A program made the translations under genes and the position numbers. The notes beneath the pieces were generated by a model, which was not told the DNA's origin, ran no database searches, and saw only the letters and a list, made by a program, of their open reading frames with translations. Shown here one piece after another: positions 29,106 to 39,966 of a DNA stretch of 64,000 bases (the first letter of the stretch is position 1; every line of letters begins with the position of its first letter). The stretch comes from Acholeplasmatales bacterium. GTDB taxonomy: Bacteria > Bacillota_I > Bacilli_A > Acholeplasmatales > Anaeroplasmataceae. Location: contig CAAGJD010000129.1 in assembly GCA_900770055.1 (NCBI GenBank), positions 10,060 through 74,059 of the forward strand, given 5' to 3'.

Positions 29106-32100
29106 TTATACAAAATATCCTATAACTATATCATGTAAAACTTTCTTATGATTATCAGGAAATTCTTTACCTGCAATAACTCGTCTTCCAGTATTTATAA
29201 GTTTAAAGTATGCCCAAGGATTTCTTATTCTAGATTTACCATCATTATCTCTAAAATTATTAATTCTCCATATTCTAAACTTTCTTTTTAAATTAGTAAT
29301 AGCCCAATTATTATAAGTCCACTGTAATTGATTATTACTTTCTTGATATTCATTCCATACTTTAAGATAGTTAAAAGGTTTTGTAGTATCATCAGTTCTA
29401 TTTGTAGGATCAAATACATCTGCTCTAAATTCAACAGTATTAAACACTTTATCACTATTAGGTTCTGGATTAGCTACTATAGTTATAGAGTTTTCTTTAA
29501 TTTTACCAAAAAACTCATTATACCTTCCTTCATGTTGCTGCCAAATATTAGTAGTATTATTTGAATGCTTTATAAAAAATTTATTAGAATCTATATTACA
29601 ATAATAAGGACTATTTTCATAACTATAAAATGAAGAAAATTCATTTAATAAATCTGAATAAGCCAAACAATACTCTCTGCTTATTATGTATAATTCTTTA
29701 TCTATATTATTATAGTAAAGAACAAATCCATCAAAATTTTTAGGATTCCAACCTATTGATTTATTTTTATCTAACCAAGACAGAAATCCTTTACTTGCAG
29801 CTAAATTCTCTATATTATCATCACTTAATTTATAAATGCCCAATGAATTAATATCTACAAAATATATACTATTATTACCATCACAGATAGCCCACTTATC
29901 AGGAAGCCCTATTGATGTGGTAATATAATTATATCCTGTAACAGTTCCTGAATTACCTAATTCTGTAGGAATACCTGAATCAGTAGTAATTATAGCATTT
30001 TCATTATACCTAAGTTTTCCTATAGCTCCATTTTGGAAAAAATATAAATTATTATTAGTACTGTATAATTTTTGAATTTCTCCATACAAATTTGATACAT
30101 CTATACTAGTAGTACTTCTAATTCTAGTCCAATCATCTATATCTGCTGTATTATTTTTAACTGTAGACCAAGCTATAGTATTATTTAATTTATTTGTCTC
30201 ATTTTTAACAAATCTATAAATAAAGTAGTTATTATCTTGATTATATACTTCATTAAATAAATTAAAGTTAGTTGGAGACATATAATTATTATTAGCTGCC
30301 CCTCTATTTCTATCAGTTCTTCCATCAAGATTTATTTGGGATTCTACCATAAATGATAATATCTCTACTACTTTATTTTGGTCTTCTTGAGTAAATGGAT
30401 AAGTTTTTAAGCAGTCCCATCTAGAAAAATAGGTATCTCCCTCAAGTTGTGTTATATAATCATCAGCTTCCCAAGTTTCATATAAATACTGAATTTCACT
30501 CGCTGGAACCCATGATATATTAGGAGTTATATATTTGTGTATATCATTATCTATATTAGGAACTACTCCATATATATCATCATGTGTTGCATTTGGATTA
30601 TATAATTCTGCTAAATATAAAATTCCTGAATTATTATTTACTAGTAAGGCCCCTTCAACTTGTGGAGCAGAACTAGGTATTTTAAGTGTAATAGTATCTT
30701 GATAATAATCATTAGTAGATGTTTGTTTCCACTCTACAAAACCCGCATATGTTTTAGTTGGAGACCAGTAATTCTTACATAGATTATCTAGCCATCTATC
30801 AGTAGAAGCACATAAAATAGTCTCATAAGCTACCCTACCAGTAGCTTGAATAACTTTAATAAGTTTATAATATGGCGAAGAATTCTCTACTAAATAATAT
30901 TTACCTACATTATCTGTAATGCACACATCATTAATATTATCTTTAAAGATAATATCAGTTATTACTCCCTTATAATTATTTGGATTATAATTTAAAGCAT
31001 AAAGACCTTGCATATTTGCTGTAAAATAATTTCGTTCTTTATCTACAACTTCAAGATAGTTTAAACTTTTAATATGTAAATTGGGGAGTATTATATTTTT
31101 GTTATTATTAGTACCTAACTTTAAAACAGCATGACTTGTAGATTTATATTTAATACTTACAGGTTCTGTGCCTATTCTATCATAATTAGTGTCATAAGTT
31201 ATTGGTAAATTAGAATCTATATTATAGTCTCTTGTTGTAGTATATATATTATATCCTTTAATGTCATTACCATCCTTTTCTATTTTAGGAGATAGTATAG
31301 TATCAACATTTCCTTTATACCAATAATTATTATTACCTGAATATATTTTAAGTAAAGCATCTTCAGTACTATTAAACACTGCTATCTTTGAAGAAGTTAC
31401 ATTCCCTTTTGAGTCTAATGTATTCCACAAAGAAGGTCTATTTGTTATATCATGTATTTCACCTATATCATCCCAATATAATTCACTTTCTACATCAGTA
31501 TTAAAATATTTTGTATACCAAGAGTATCTTAAATTAGAAAAAACTTTTTTACTTAATGTAGCAATTTTAGCCTCATCTTTCTCCAATTTTAGTGAACCTT
31601 GATCTCCTAAAGATCCATTTCTATGCCATGGATATGTTACAAAGCATCTTAATACATTTTTACTATCTTCATCAATAAATAGTCCTCCAGAAATTAATCC
31701 ATTTGCTTTATCTGAAATATTATCATGATTATAATTTCTTTGTATAATTCCCTCTGAATAAGGTTTTCTTGCTGCTCCAGTATACTGAATGTCATAAGAA
31801 GTAGTATTAGCAGTAATAGGCACTATTCCTACTATTCTTAAAGCTAACTCTGTATCATTTATATTATTATAAGAATTATCATTAATATCGGGAGAATGTA
31901 AAGTTAGAAAGTTACTATCTATTAAATAATTATATTTATTATTCTGTGTATACTGGTCTATATCAAACTTTTCATTAAAAGTTTTAATTATAGGATTTTC
32001 AAAAGTAGCATTTTTCCAAGCTTCTTCAGTTATATCTACTACAGTAGTTTCGCCTATATACTGCTTCTGTAAATATCTAATTACATCTGAAGAACTAAAA

Positions 32101-33848
32101 GCTTGAATTTCTTCTACCATTTGCCCTAAAGCATTTAATACTAAACACTTATATCTTTTAAATGTAGATTCAAAATAAAATTTACAAGAATAAAAAGACG
32201 TACTTTGGACGTCATCAGCTGATAAATATGGACTTACTGAGCTAGCACTTTGTATTTCACCTTTAGTGCTATTTGGAAGTCCCACATTATTATTATGAAG
32301 GTATTCAAGACTATTATTATTACTACTAGAAGTAGTATCTTGTAAAGGCCTAAAAAACCAAGAAGATTGTGCATAAATATTTCCTTCTGCCCTATCATCT
32401 AATTTATAAACAGTTTGAGATAAGACACCTTGACATAATACAGATTTATGATTAACTACTGGAGTAGCTCTTAATGCTCTATATGCTATAAATCCTTTTT
32501 TCTTTAGGTCTGTTAAAAAACCTACTGTACTGTCCCCATCATATCCTTCATCTAAAAATCTATATGATAGTATAGGAAGATAAAGCATATTTTGATTAGT
32601 AGACTCATCAGAAGCACCTATTATTTTAGGATAATTTACAGTATCAAAATCTGCTATATATAATGGATTAGTCCAACATCCATATTTATCCATTAGTTGT
32701 ATTCCTAGTCTGTATTTTTCTCCTCCCTTGAAATGCTTTATATAATTATTTGATTTATCTAAATTATTTTTATAAGGATATAATCCTTTACTATCATAAT
32801 ATGGAATCTTTTTATATTCTTCTTTAACAGATATATGATTTTGTATTCCTTTTTGAAGTTCTCTTTCTTCCTTTTCTGATAATATACTATTATATTGGAT
32901 ATTGCCAACAAATAGAGTTTGCATTTTTTGTGCAAGTGTTCCAACAACTAAAGGACTTCTAGTCTTAAATAATATCTCAGTATCACTTAATGCCTCATTA
33001 TTTCCATTATCTTGTATAATAATTTCCTTATTTACTTCTACATCTGCTACTAAATATGCTGCTACTGTAGAATTTAATGAAGTTCTATGAATAGAATATA
33101 CTCTTAAATTAGTCCAATTAAATTTTTGGCCTTCATTTATTTTAAAATTTAATACAAAAGAATTAGCGCATTTTTCCTCAGCAGTACCACCCCTTGATTC
33201 TGGTGACATATAATATAGGGGAGAATAATATAATATATTACTCTCTTGCATTTTTTTATTATACCCAGTAATAAAGTATTGAATTACTCCAGATGGAAAA
33301 ACTCCTAATCCTGATTGAATTTTTTTTATTTTAACCTGAAAAGATCCTATTGAACTACTTAAATCTCGTATAAAATCAAAAGTAGTATTATCTGTTATTA
33401 CTCCAGTAGCTATATTTATTAATCTTAGTTGATTTTTAACATCTGTCCAATATACTTTTTGTATAGATTCTGATTCATAGCTGACTAAAGTTTCTATGGG
33501 GTTTTCACTACTAAAATTTAGATTTCCTTCATAGAGCTTTTCAGTAATAGTTTCTTCTTTGTCAAAAGTTACTTTATGTATAAAATCCTTTAGAGTATCA
33601 TCTTCAGGTTCTTCAATAGTAGTAAATATTATTATTTGATTTTTAATAATACCCATTCCTATAGGTATACCTGGTATATTAATCTCTAATTTTTTAGTAC
33701 CTTTTTCATTTGTAATTCCAAAAAAAGAAGTATCTTTTGACGGAGACAGTCTTATATTCATATTTTCAAGGGAGTACATAGGATTAAAACTAGATACTAC
33801 TAAATCTTGTTGCATTCCCCTAATTTTATATGTTATTTGTTTAAGCAT
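29106..33848 (-). CDS. Tail stabilisation/muzzle protein (1580 aa)
   Basis: GMQQDL...ENMNIR N-terminus, beta-propeller-like content and C-terminal KRKFRIWR...RIRNPW; crAss-like gene order. Confidence 0.75.
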   Translation of the reverse strand: MLKQITYKIRGMQQDLVVSSFNPMYSLENMNIRLSPSKDTSFFGITNEKGTKKLEINIPGIPIGMGIIKNQIIIFTTIEEPEDDTLKDFIHKVTFDKEETITEKLYEGNLNFSSENPIETLVSYESESIQKVYWTDVKNQLRLINIATGVITDNTTFDFIRDLSSSIGSFQVKIKKIQSGLGVFPSGVIQYFITGYNKKMQESNILYYSPLYYMSPESRGGTAEEKCANSFVLNFKINEGQKFNWTNLRVYSIHRTSLNSTVAAYLVADVEVNKEIIIQDNGNNEALSDTEILFKTRSPLVVGTLAQKMQTLFVGNIQYNSILSEKEERELQKGIQNHISVKEEYKKIPYYDSKGLYPYKNNLDKSNNYIKHFKGGEKYRLGIQLMDKYGCWTNPLYIADFDTVNYPKIIGASDESTNQNMLYLPILSYRFLDEGYDGDSTVGFLTDLKKKGFIAYRALRATPVVNHKSVLCQGVLSQTVYKLDDRAEGNIYAQSSWFFRPLQDTTSSSNNNSLEYLHNNNVGLPNSTKGEIQSASSVSPYLSADDVQSTSFYSCKFYFESTFKRYKCLVLNALGQMVEEIQAFSSSDVIRYLQKQYIGETTVVDITEEAWKNATFENPIIKTFNEKFDIDQYTQNNKYNYLIDSNFLTLHSPDINDNSYNNINDTELALRIVGIVPITANTTSYDIQYTGAARKPYSEGIIQRNYNHDNISDKANGLISGGLFIDEDSKNVLRCFVTYPWHRNGSLGDQGSLKLEKDEAKIATLSKKVFSNLRYSWYTKYFNTDVESELYWDDIGEIHDITNRPSLWNTLDSKGNVTSSKIAVFNSTEDALLKIYSGNNNYWYKGNVDTILSPKIEKDGNDIKGYNIYTTTRDYNIDSNLPITYDTNYDRIGTEPVSIKYKSTSHAVLKLGTNNNKNIILPNLHIKSLNYLEVVDKERNYFTANMQGLYALNYNPNNYKGVITDIIFKDNINDVCITDNVGKYYLVENSSPYYKLIKVIQATGRVAYETILCASTDRWLDNLCKNYWSPTKTYAGFVEWKQTSTNDYYQDTITLKIPSSAPQVEGALLVNNNSGILYLAELYNPNATHDDIYGVVPNIDNDIHKYITPNISWVPASEIQYLYETWEADDYITQLEGDTYFSRWDCLKTYPFTQEDQNKVVEILSFMVESQINLDGRTDRNRGAANNNYMSPTNFNLFNEVYNQDNNYFIYRFVKNETNKLNNTIAWSTVKNNTADIDDWTRIRSTTSIDVSNLYGEIQKLYSTNNNLYFFQNGAIGKLRYNENAIITTDSGIPTELGNSGTVTGYNYITTSIGLPDKWAICDGNNSIYFVDINSLGIYKLSDDNIENLAASKGFLSWLDKNKSIGWNPKNFDGFVLYYNNIDKELYIISREYCLAYSDLLNEFSSFYSYENSPYYCNIDSNKFFIKHSNNTTNIWQQHEGRYNEFFGKIKENSITIVANPEPNSDKVFNTVEFRADVFDPTNRTDDTTKPFNYLKVWNEYQESNNQLQWTYNNWAITNLKRKFRIWRINNFRDNDGKSRIRNPWAYFKLINTGRRVIAGKEFPDNHKKVLHDIVIGYFV

Positions 33849-33849
33849 A

Positions 33850-34557
33850 TTATTGTAATTTTAAATATTCTTGATTTCCATTATTTCTAAATCCATCATT
33901 AAATGAAGTAGTTCTTTGTAATAATGTACACCAACTTCTTTTAAGACTTTCCATTTCTGAAATAGAAGGTATAGTAAATTCTGACTGTAATTGACCTGCT
34001 AACCAAGCATATTGTTGCTGAGTACTCTGTAATACAGCAGGAGTAATTTTACCCATATCAAATAAAATGGTAAATACTTCCTTCTTAATATATGCTTCAA
34101 GTGTTCTTAAAAATACTGGATTATCAATAAGTAGCGGAAACCCATCCTTATCTATTGGGATTGCTTTATAAGATATTAATACATCTCCTGTCTTGAAGGA
34201 AGTAAATAATACTTGTCCTTGTGTCTTAAATGTTAATTCTTGTATCTTTTTATAGCCAGCATCTTCATCATACCTTTCTTTTGGCATAAAATTATCTGTC
34301 ATACTTCTAAGACATATACCAGTCTTACATTCTTTAATCTGATTAATAGAGATTAAATCGCATGGCAATTTTGCTCTAAAATCTTCTATATGAATCATCT
34401 CTTCTTTATCTTGGTATAGCCCAGACATTCCAAAGACGCTGATAAAATCTAAAGTATATTGTACTGCTTGTTCAAGAGTTACATCTTGGAGAAGAGGATG
34501 CCTTAGTACTCTACTTAGAGCCTCTCTTATATTTATGTAGTTATATTCTTTTACCAT
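33850..34557 (-). CDS. Tail ring/tubular protein
   Basis: LPCDL..I and Y.AIPIDKDGFPLL motifs; directly upstream of the muzzle gene. Confidence 0.65.
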   Translation of the reverse strand: MVKEYNYINIREALSRVLRHPLLQDVTLEQAVQYTLDFISVFGMSGLYQDKEEMIHIEDFRAKLPCDLISINQIKECKTGICLRSMTDNFMPKERYDEDAGYKKIQELTFKTQGQVLFTSFKTGDVLISYKAIPIDKDGFPLLIDNPVFLRTLEAYIKKEVFTILFDMGKITPAVLQSTQQQYAWLAGQLQSEFTIPSISEMESLKRSWCTLLQRTTSFNDGFRNNGNQEYLKLQ

Positions 34558-34560
34558 AAT

Positions 34561-35271
34561 TTACATTGTTAAATATGATTTTTTAAGTGAACCTCCTAAA
34601 GATTTCTTATTACTTAAATATTCATCTAAATAACTATAATCAATATCATCAAATCTTCCAGCTCTGTCTCTATACATCCAACCTGTATTTAGCTCATTTG
34701 GAACAAGTTCTGTATAATTACCGTCTGGAGTAACTGTTATTGAAGGTAATTGATATGCTCCATCATACATGACTTTAGTAGCTCCATTATTATAATATAA
34801 ATCTGAACCAAGATAATCTAATACTCTATCAGTATTTATTTCATCTCTTATATCATCTAATCCTTGATTAGCTTGTCTGTAAGACATATTAAATATTTTA
34901 CCATTATTAAGCCATGAATTCGGGCCTAAATCTGGGTAAGTAGGATGATTGGGTGTTTTATAAGTACCACTTTTTCCTTCATCAGGAAAATGTACTTTAT
35001 CTCCATGTTCTATGAATTCTAGTTGTCTATAAGCTCTCTCTGGGTCATCATTATAATACTTCTGATAGTCATAATCATCTTGACTTAAATCTTGATTATT
35101 CCATGCTTTAGATAATCTAATAGAAAAGTCTTTATATGATTTTTTAATAGGGCCTCCTTTAACATATTTATTATATATTCCTCTAATTGTGTCTAAGTTT
35201 GTAATACCATTTTCAACCCCTAATTTTATATAAGTAGCTCTATCTGTCATTGATAAATCATTCCAACTCAT
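34561..35271 (-). CDS. Hypothetical virion-associated protein (YDY...HFPD...YKTPNHPT)
   Basis: ORF in the tail operon; carries the xxGG motif near both ends. Confidence 0.6.
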   Translation of the reverse strand: MSWNDLSMTDRATYIKLGVENGITNLDTIRGIYNKYVKGGPIKKSYKDFSIRLSKAWNNQDLSQDDYDYQKYYNDDPERAYRQLEFIEHGDKVHFPDEGKSGTYKTPNHPTYPDLGPNSWLNNGKIFNMSYRQANQGLDDIRDEINTDRVLDYLGSDLYYNNGATKVMYDGAYQLPSITVTPDGNYTELVPNELNTGWMYRDRAGRFDDIDYSYLDEYLSNKKSLGGSLKKSYLTM

Positions 35272-35806
35272 TTTTATTTAATTTAAAAGCATCTAATTTT
35301 CCTTTCTTTATTCTTTGCTTTAATCTCTTCTTCAGTTCTCTATTTACATTAAATTCATAGAAAACTTGATTATTATAGTCTGCTAATTGCTTATTATAGT
35401 AGACCTTAAAGATTTCTTTTTCTTCCACTTTAACCAGTGTTTTTTCCTTATAGGCTTCCTCATCTTCATACCATAATTTAAGAGTCCTATCCCAATCTAT
35501 TGGTAAGTTAGTTTTAACTTTATTACCATCAAAATTAATTCGTGCATTATACTTTCTGAGTTCTATTCTTCCCATTCTATGAGGTAGCTTAATATCTTCT
35601 CCCTGTAGTAAACTATCAGCAAGATAGTTATTCACCTTTCTTATAATACTATAGAACTCATGTTCTGTGAGAGATCTTTCTATATCAGCCCATTTTCTTT
35701 TTCTTAGAAATTTATAAGCCGAATATACTCCAATTGACCTAGTAACTTTGTGTTTTCTTGGACTACTTAGATGCTGAACCTCGGACTTAAATTCTTCATA
35801 AGTCAT
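35258..35806 (-). CDS. HU/IHF-like DNA-binding protein
   Basis: II..VN..LAD.LL.GEDIKLPHRMGRIELRK...F..NRELK resembles the HU fold; the likely start is MTYEEF at 35806 rather than 35854. Confidence 0.6.
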   Translation of the reverse strand: MTYEEFKSEVQHLSSPRKHKVTRSIGVYSAYKFLRKRKWADIERSLTEHEFYSIIRKVNNYLADSLLQGEDIKLPHRMGRIELRKYNARINFDGNKVKTNLPIDWDRTLKLWYEDEEAYKEKTLVKVEEKEIFKVYYNKQLADYNNQVFYEFNVNRELKKRLKQRIKKGKLDAFKLNKNELE

Positions 35807-36422
35807 ACTCCACCTCCCAACCTTTAATATTATTTCTCTTATGGTTAAGTACATCTAATATGTGAGCATTAGAGGATACACCAAGAAATTTAGCAAACTT
35901 GTAGGAGGAAGAAAACTTTAGCATTTGTCCAGTATTACTATTTGTACAAATTATAGGCTTAGCTTTTTTCCTTAAAGAGATATTTGAACTTATCAAATCT
36001 AAATCTTTATTATATTCGTATCTAAATTGGTAATTACCACAAGTCTTTCTCTTCATATTAGCTGCCATGCCAACATTTCTTCTATCCAACCCATAATAAA
36101 TAGCAGCAGATTTACAAGAGTCAAAAGAGTTAATTAGAATACCATGCAAATTATATACATAAATTTTCTTATTATTAGAATTATCTTTATAAATTTCTAC
36201 TCTTCTTCCATGTTTTAAATAATATCTTCTCCATAGATAATTTCTACTACAAGCTGCACATTCTACAGCTCTTGTATATTTAGAATGATATTTTATTAAA
36301 TCGTGGGTTCCTATACCAACATAGAATAATTTATTAGTATCTTTAGTATAATGTAAATATACATAGCAATTTCTAATAATATTATCCCAAACTACTCTTA
36401 TTTTATTCTCTTCAAGACACAT
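35796..36422 (-). mobile_element. Free-standing GIY-YIG-like homing endonuclease with NUMOD1-like repeats, probably degenerate
   Basis: CYVYLH...FYVGIG...RA...RN..W N-terminus; IYVYNLHG..INSFDS...AA and PIIC...F.S....AKFLG C-terminal repeats. Confidence 0.65.
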
Positions 36423-36424
36423 AG

Positions 36425-37153
36425 TTATTCTAATGCTTTACTTATTTCTGATTTAGTATTTCTTTTAATAAATGTAGCTATATCTGATAAATCATCAGTA
36501 GCATCATTATTTGAATCTTTTGGTCTATACTCAGCACCTAATAACTCCTTAACTACAAGCTCAATTATTGATGGTACAAGAGAAGCTTCAACAGGAAACT
36601 CTCTATCAAGCACACCACATATTATATTACCATTTTTATCAAGGCATTGTAATTCTGATGCAGCTTGTGGATCTTCAAATATACCTGTTACTTTTACTTT
36701 TTCAAGATATAAGTACTGTGGATTAGAAGATTTAAAATAAAGATAATTATCTGGTCCTAGAGAACAATAAATAATATTTTGTAGATACTTATTATATCCT
36801 ACATACCTCATTCTTTCCCTACTTACATAGGTAATTTCACCTTGATAATAATCAATAGGATATACTCTTGGTGTACCTATTTTCATTAGAAAAGGAATCT
36901 TTTCTTTACTTCTTAGATAAGAGCCCCCTTCACAAGGTTCTTCTGCTATAGCAGATACTTCTGTTAAATCTGTACATATTGTTTGATAATTACTTTCAGG
37001 TATTTGCTTTTTCACATCTGAATACCTTTGCTTTAAAATAAATGCTCTATACTTTCCTAATAGGAATATTACATGATCCTCTGTATATTGAGCATCGTCA
37101 CTATTGGCCTTTAGCTCATCAAGACACATATATACAGCTTCTTTATATGTCAT
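36425..37153 (-). CDS. Tail ring/tubular protein
   Basis: GIFEDP...C...FPVE...I.ELV.KEL...PKD..ND pattern; position in the tail operon. Confidence 0.6.
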   Translation of the reverse strand: MTYKEAVYMCLDELKANSDDAQYTEDHVIFLLGKYRAFILKQRYSDVKKQIPESNYQTICTDLTEVSAIAEEPCEGGSYLRSKEKIPFLMKIGTPRVYPIDYYQGEITYVSRERMRYVGYNKYLQNIIYCSLGPDNYLYFKSSNPQYLYLEKVKVTGIFEDPQAASELQCLDKNGNIICGVLDREFPVEASLVPSIIELVVKELLGAEYRPKDSNNDATDDLSDIATFIKRNTKSEISKALE

Positions 37154-37190
37154 AGTAATTTAATTTAAATTAAAAAATAAAAACCTTATG

Positions 37191-37221
37191 CAAAGATAGA
37201 AGAAATTTATCATTTACACAA
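37191..37221 (-). promoter_or_regulatory. Bacteroidota-type promoter
   Basis: TTG-N20-TATCTTTG on the - strand. Confidence 0.8.
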
Positions 37222-37238
37222 GGTTATAAATAGATTAC

Positions 37239-37580
37239 TTATAGACTAGCTATTCTAATTATGTTGTTCATAGTAGTTCTCATTATATTATTCTGAGAAA
37301 TTCTTGAAATTATATTTAGAGTAGCATTGGGTGCACTGTTACAATTTAGTTTAGGATAAGGAATTAAACAAGTAGTACCATATAATTTATATAAAACTTG
37401 ATTAATAATCTTATAATCCTCATCTGTAATATAATAGCTTAGATTACTATTAATTATTTCGGCTATAAATAATAGAACCAGCAATTTATCTACTTCATTA
37501 TAGTCTTTATAGCCATATATGGATAAAGCATGAAAATAGTTTTGCAGTCCTAAAAATCCTAATTCTTCTAATTTATCCAT
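37239..37580 (-). CDS. Putative tail hub/structural protein
   Basis: ORF coupled to the upstream gene in the structural module. Confidence 0.5.
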   Translation of the reverse strand: MDKLEELGFLGLQNYFHALSIYGYKDYNEVDKLLVLLFIAEIINSNLSYYITDEDYKIINQVLYKLYGTTCLIPYPKLNCNSAPNATLNIISRISQNNIMRTTMNNIIRIASL

Positions 37581-38133
37581 TACATTTACAAGAAGTTATA
37601 GTATTAGTATCTTTTATATTTCTAAAGTATTTACTCCAAAGATTATTTGTCTCTGTATAATGACAAGTTTTTATACTAAGTTCAAAAGCTTTGAGTCTAA
37701 GATATTTATCAATAAAATTTTTTGGAATACTACAGTCATTCAAAATTTCTTTCAAGTGCCCAATCATAGACCTATAAAAATTATTTAGATTAGCAGCCAC
37801 TCCTAAAGTAATAGGAGAATCTTCTCCACAAGGAGTATCTGGTCCATAAGAACCTTTTGTTACTACATAAATAAAAAATAATGTTTTATCTAGTGGACAA
37901 TTAAGAGCATTTAAATTAGATGTAGTTAATTGTAATCTTTTTGATTTTACATCATCCCCATTAGAATTAAACACAATAAGAGCTTGGCTACTTGGTCCTC
38001 CTTCTGAATAAGTATCTTGAGTATCTATTGCAATATAATCTATATAAACAGTGCTAAAATAAGATTTTGAAGGAACTGAAACATCAATAATCAGGCATTT
38101 ATCAGTTACTTGAAGCTCATTAAAATTAACCAT
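37573..38133 (-). CDS. Putative tail hub/structural protein
   Basis: Beta-rich N-terminal half, TPCG motif and C-terminal CKC; position. Confidence 0.5.
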   Translation of the reverse strand: MVNFNELQVTDKCLIIDVSVPSKSYFSTVYIDYIAIDTQDTYSEGGPSSQALIVFNSNGDDVKSKRLQLTTSNLNALNCPLDKTLFFIYVVTKGSYGPDTPCGEDSPITLGVAANLNNFYRSMIGHLKEILNDCSIPKNFIDKYLRLKAFELSIKTCHYTETNNLWSKYFRNIKDTNTITSCKCNG

Positions 38134-38149
38134 ATCTTAATTATTTTTA

Positions 38150-38181
38150 AAATAAAAAAGGAGACTTATTAGGTCTCCTTT
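38150..38181 (-). terminator. Intrinsic terminator after the auxiliary capsid gene
   Basis: AAGGAGAC/GTCTCCTT stem with a T-run on the - strand. Confidence 0.8.
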
Positions 38182-38188
38182 AACTATA

Positions 38189-39208
38189 TTATTCTGCAGT
38201 ATCTAAATCAGCTATAGATAGACCTGTTGCAGTATTAATAGCTGATATAATGTTATTAGTAAGTACATTACTAACTGAATTAGTTTCTCCTATCTTTGGT
38301 ACTACAAGAGTAATTGTCTTTTCAGACTTTTGAATTGACTCATTACTACCAACATAAGCATAGTGAATATCAATTATATTATACTTAATAGTTGGGTCTA
38401 CAAGATAAGTAGTTGGTATATTATGAGGCCAATTAATATTTCTATAAATATCACCTCTTTCACCCATGCAGAAATACTCAAGGTCTGCAATTTTCTTACC
38501 ATTGTTAATTATACCAGCAGAATCAGTATCTTTTGCAATGCCCCAAATTCTTTCATCACCATTTACAATAATTGTAGTAGGTTGTACCATAAAATATACT
38601 GGAGTTTGCTCCATAACACCAAGTCTCCAAGGCTGTTCAACTTCCTCAATAACAAGTGCAGTATAAGTCTCAGTTAAAGAGCTTTCTTTTGTAGTAGCAT
38701 CAACAGGAACTGTATCATCGTCAGAATTTACTAAAGCAAACTTAACAAGGGGAACTACTTCTCTACTAAAGTTTTTAACTAATGACATAGCTAATTTTTT
38801 GTAAAAATCTGAAGCTGTCATACCTGCATAAGCATGTACCATACCATATTTAAAATACTGATCCTCTTCTGACATTCCTATATACTGTTTGAATGCAATT
38901 CTTAGTATATAATCTTGTCCAGATACAGGAACACCTGCATTTATTTCACTATCAAGAGTTACTTTAACTGCTTTTAGCTTATGTGCCATATTATCAGCAT
39001 CAGTAGCATTAACATGAAGAATACTCTTAATATCAATTAAATCACTTCTCATTAAATTGTCTGCACCTTTATACTCAAAATAAAGATGATTTTTTGCAGT
39101 ATCAGTTTTTACTGCAATAGAGCCAGCATCATCTGATGCAAGTACATGAGGAGTTTTTAGTGCTTTTGCCACATAAAGCTGCCTTACTTGATTAACTGAA
39201 TAATTCAT
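38189..39208 (-). CDS. Putative auxiliary capsid (decoration) protein
   Basis: SVNQVRQLYVA N-terminus and DLEYFCMGERGD; has its own terminator; crAss-like position. Confidence 0.6.
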   Translation of the reverse strand: MNYSVNQVRQLYVAKALKTPHVLASDDAGSIAVKTDTAKNHLYFEYKGADNLMRSDLIDIKSILHVNATDADNMAHKLKAVKVTLDSEINAGVPVSGQDYILRIAFKQYIGMSEEDQYFKYGMVHAYAGMTASDFYKKLAMSLVKNFSREVVPLVKFALVNSDDDTVPVDATTKESSLTETYTALVIEEVEQPWRLGVMEQTPVYFMVQPTTIIVNGDERIWGIAKDTDSAGIINNGKKIADLEYFCMGERGDIYRNINWPHNIPTTYLVDPTIKYNIIDIHYAYVGSNESIQKSEKTITLVVPKIGETNSVSNVLTNNIISAINTATGLSIADLDTAE

Positions 39209-39238
39209 TTTAATTTAGTATTAAATTACACAATAATT

Positions 39239-39964
39239 TTAATCTTTTCCTGCATTTGGAACTCTACTCATGATAGCAAGTTTTACTGCTCTCTCAAGTA
39301 TAGCCCTATGTATTGCAGGATTTAATTTACATTCTGTTTTTTTACTTTCCTTATTAATTGTCAGATTATCTGTCAAAGTAGTTAATATAATGGGAGTAGG
39401 TCTTGAAAGGTATCTAACAAGGTAACTCTCCACATTATATTTTGATATTATCTCTACTACACTATTACTCAAATCAAGACTATTACTCAAATCGAGTCTT
39501 AAAGCTCTTCTTTCATTAGTACCTCTAAAAGGATTCTTTCTTATTCTATGATACTCATCTTGAGTAATTGGTATTATAGATATATATTTACCACTCATAC
39601 ATTCTGATTCATCATCCTTTAAATTAACTGCTTCATAGGTTATAAACCATAAGTCAGAAGGTAATTCAAAGAATATTGAATATTTAGACAGTCCTGTATA
39701 TCCCTCTTTTTTATCAGTAGTTTTATAAGTCTTTACTAGGCTACTTAAGTATCTTCTAATTTCTTCAGTCCTTTCAAAAGAGTCACCAAATGGATTCTTA
39801 CCATTATACATACCAATAACTATTTCTTCCTGAGCACTAGTGAGAAATACAGATTTCTCATACTCATCAAGTTTAGTAATGTTTGATGTTTTTCCAAATA
39901 CCTCTATAGTAGAATAACTATTTAGTAAGGTATCAAACTCATTAGAAAATTCTTCGCATGTCAT
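39239..39964 (-). CDS. Head-tail ring protein, paralogue of 39967..40746
   Basis: Shares MT..EFSNEFD, L.EYEKSVFLT.AQ and C.L...IH..IL.RAV.LA with its neighbour. Confidence 0.7.
   Translation of the reverse strand: MTCEEFSNEFDTLLNSYSTIEVFGKTSNITKLDEYEKSVFLTSAQEEIVIGMYNGKNPFGDSFERTEEIRRYLSSLVKTYKTTDKKEGYTGLSKYSIFFELPSDLWFITYEAVNLKDDESECMSGKYISIIPITQDEYHRIRKNPFRGTNERRALRLDLSNSLDLSNSVVEIISKYNVESYLVRYLSRPTPIILTTLTDNLTINKESKKTECKLNPAIHRAILERAVKLAIMSRVPNAGKD
39461..39496. repeat. In-frame 18-bp tandem duplication (LDLSNS x2)
   Basis: actattactcaaatcaag / actattactcaaatcgag. Confidence 0.85.
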
Positions 39965-39966
39965 AA

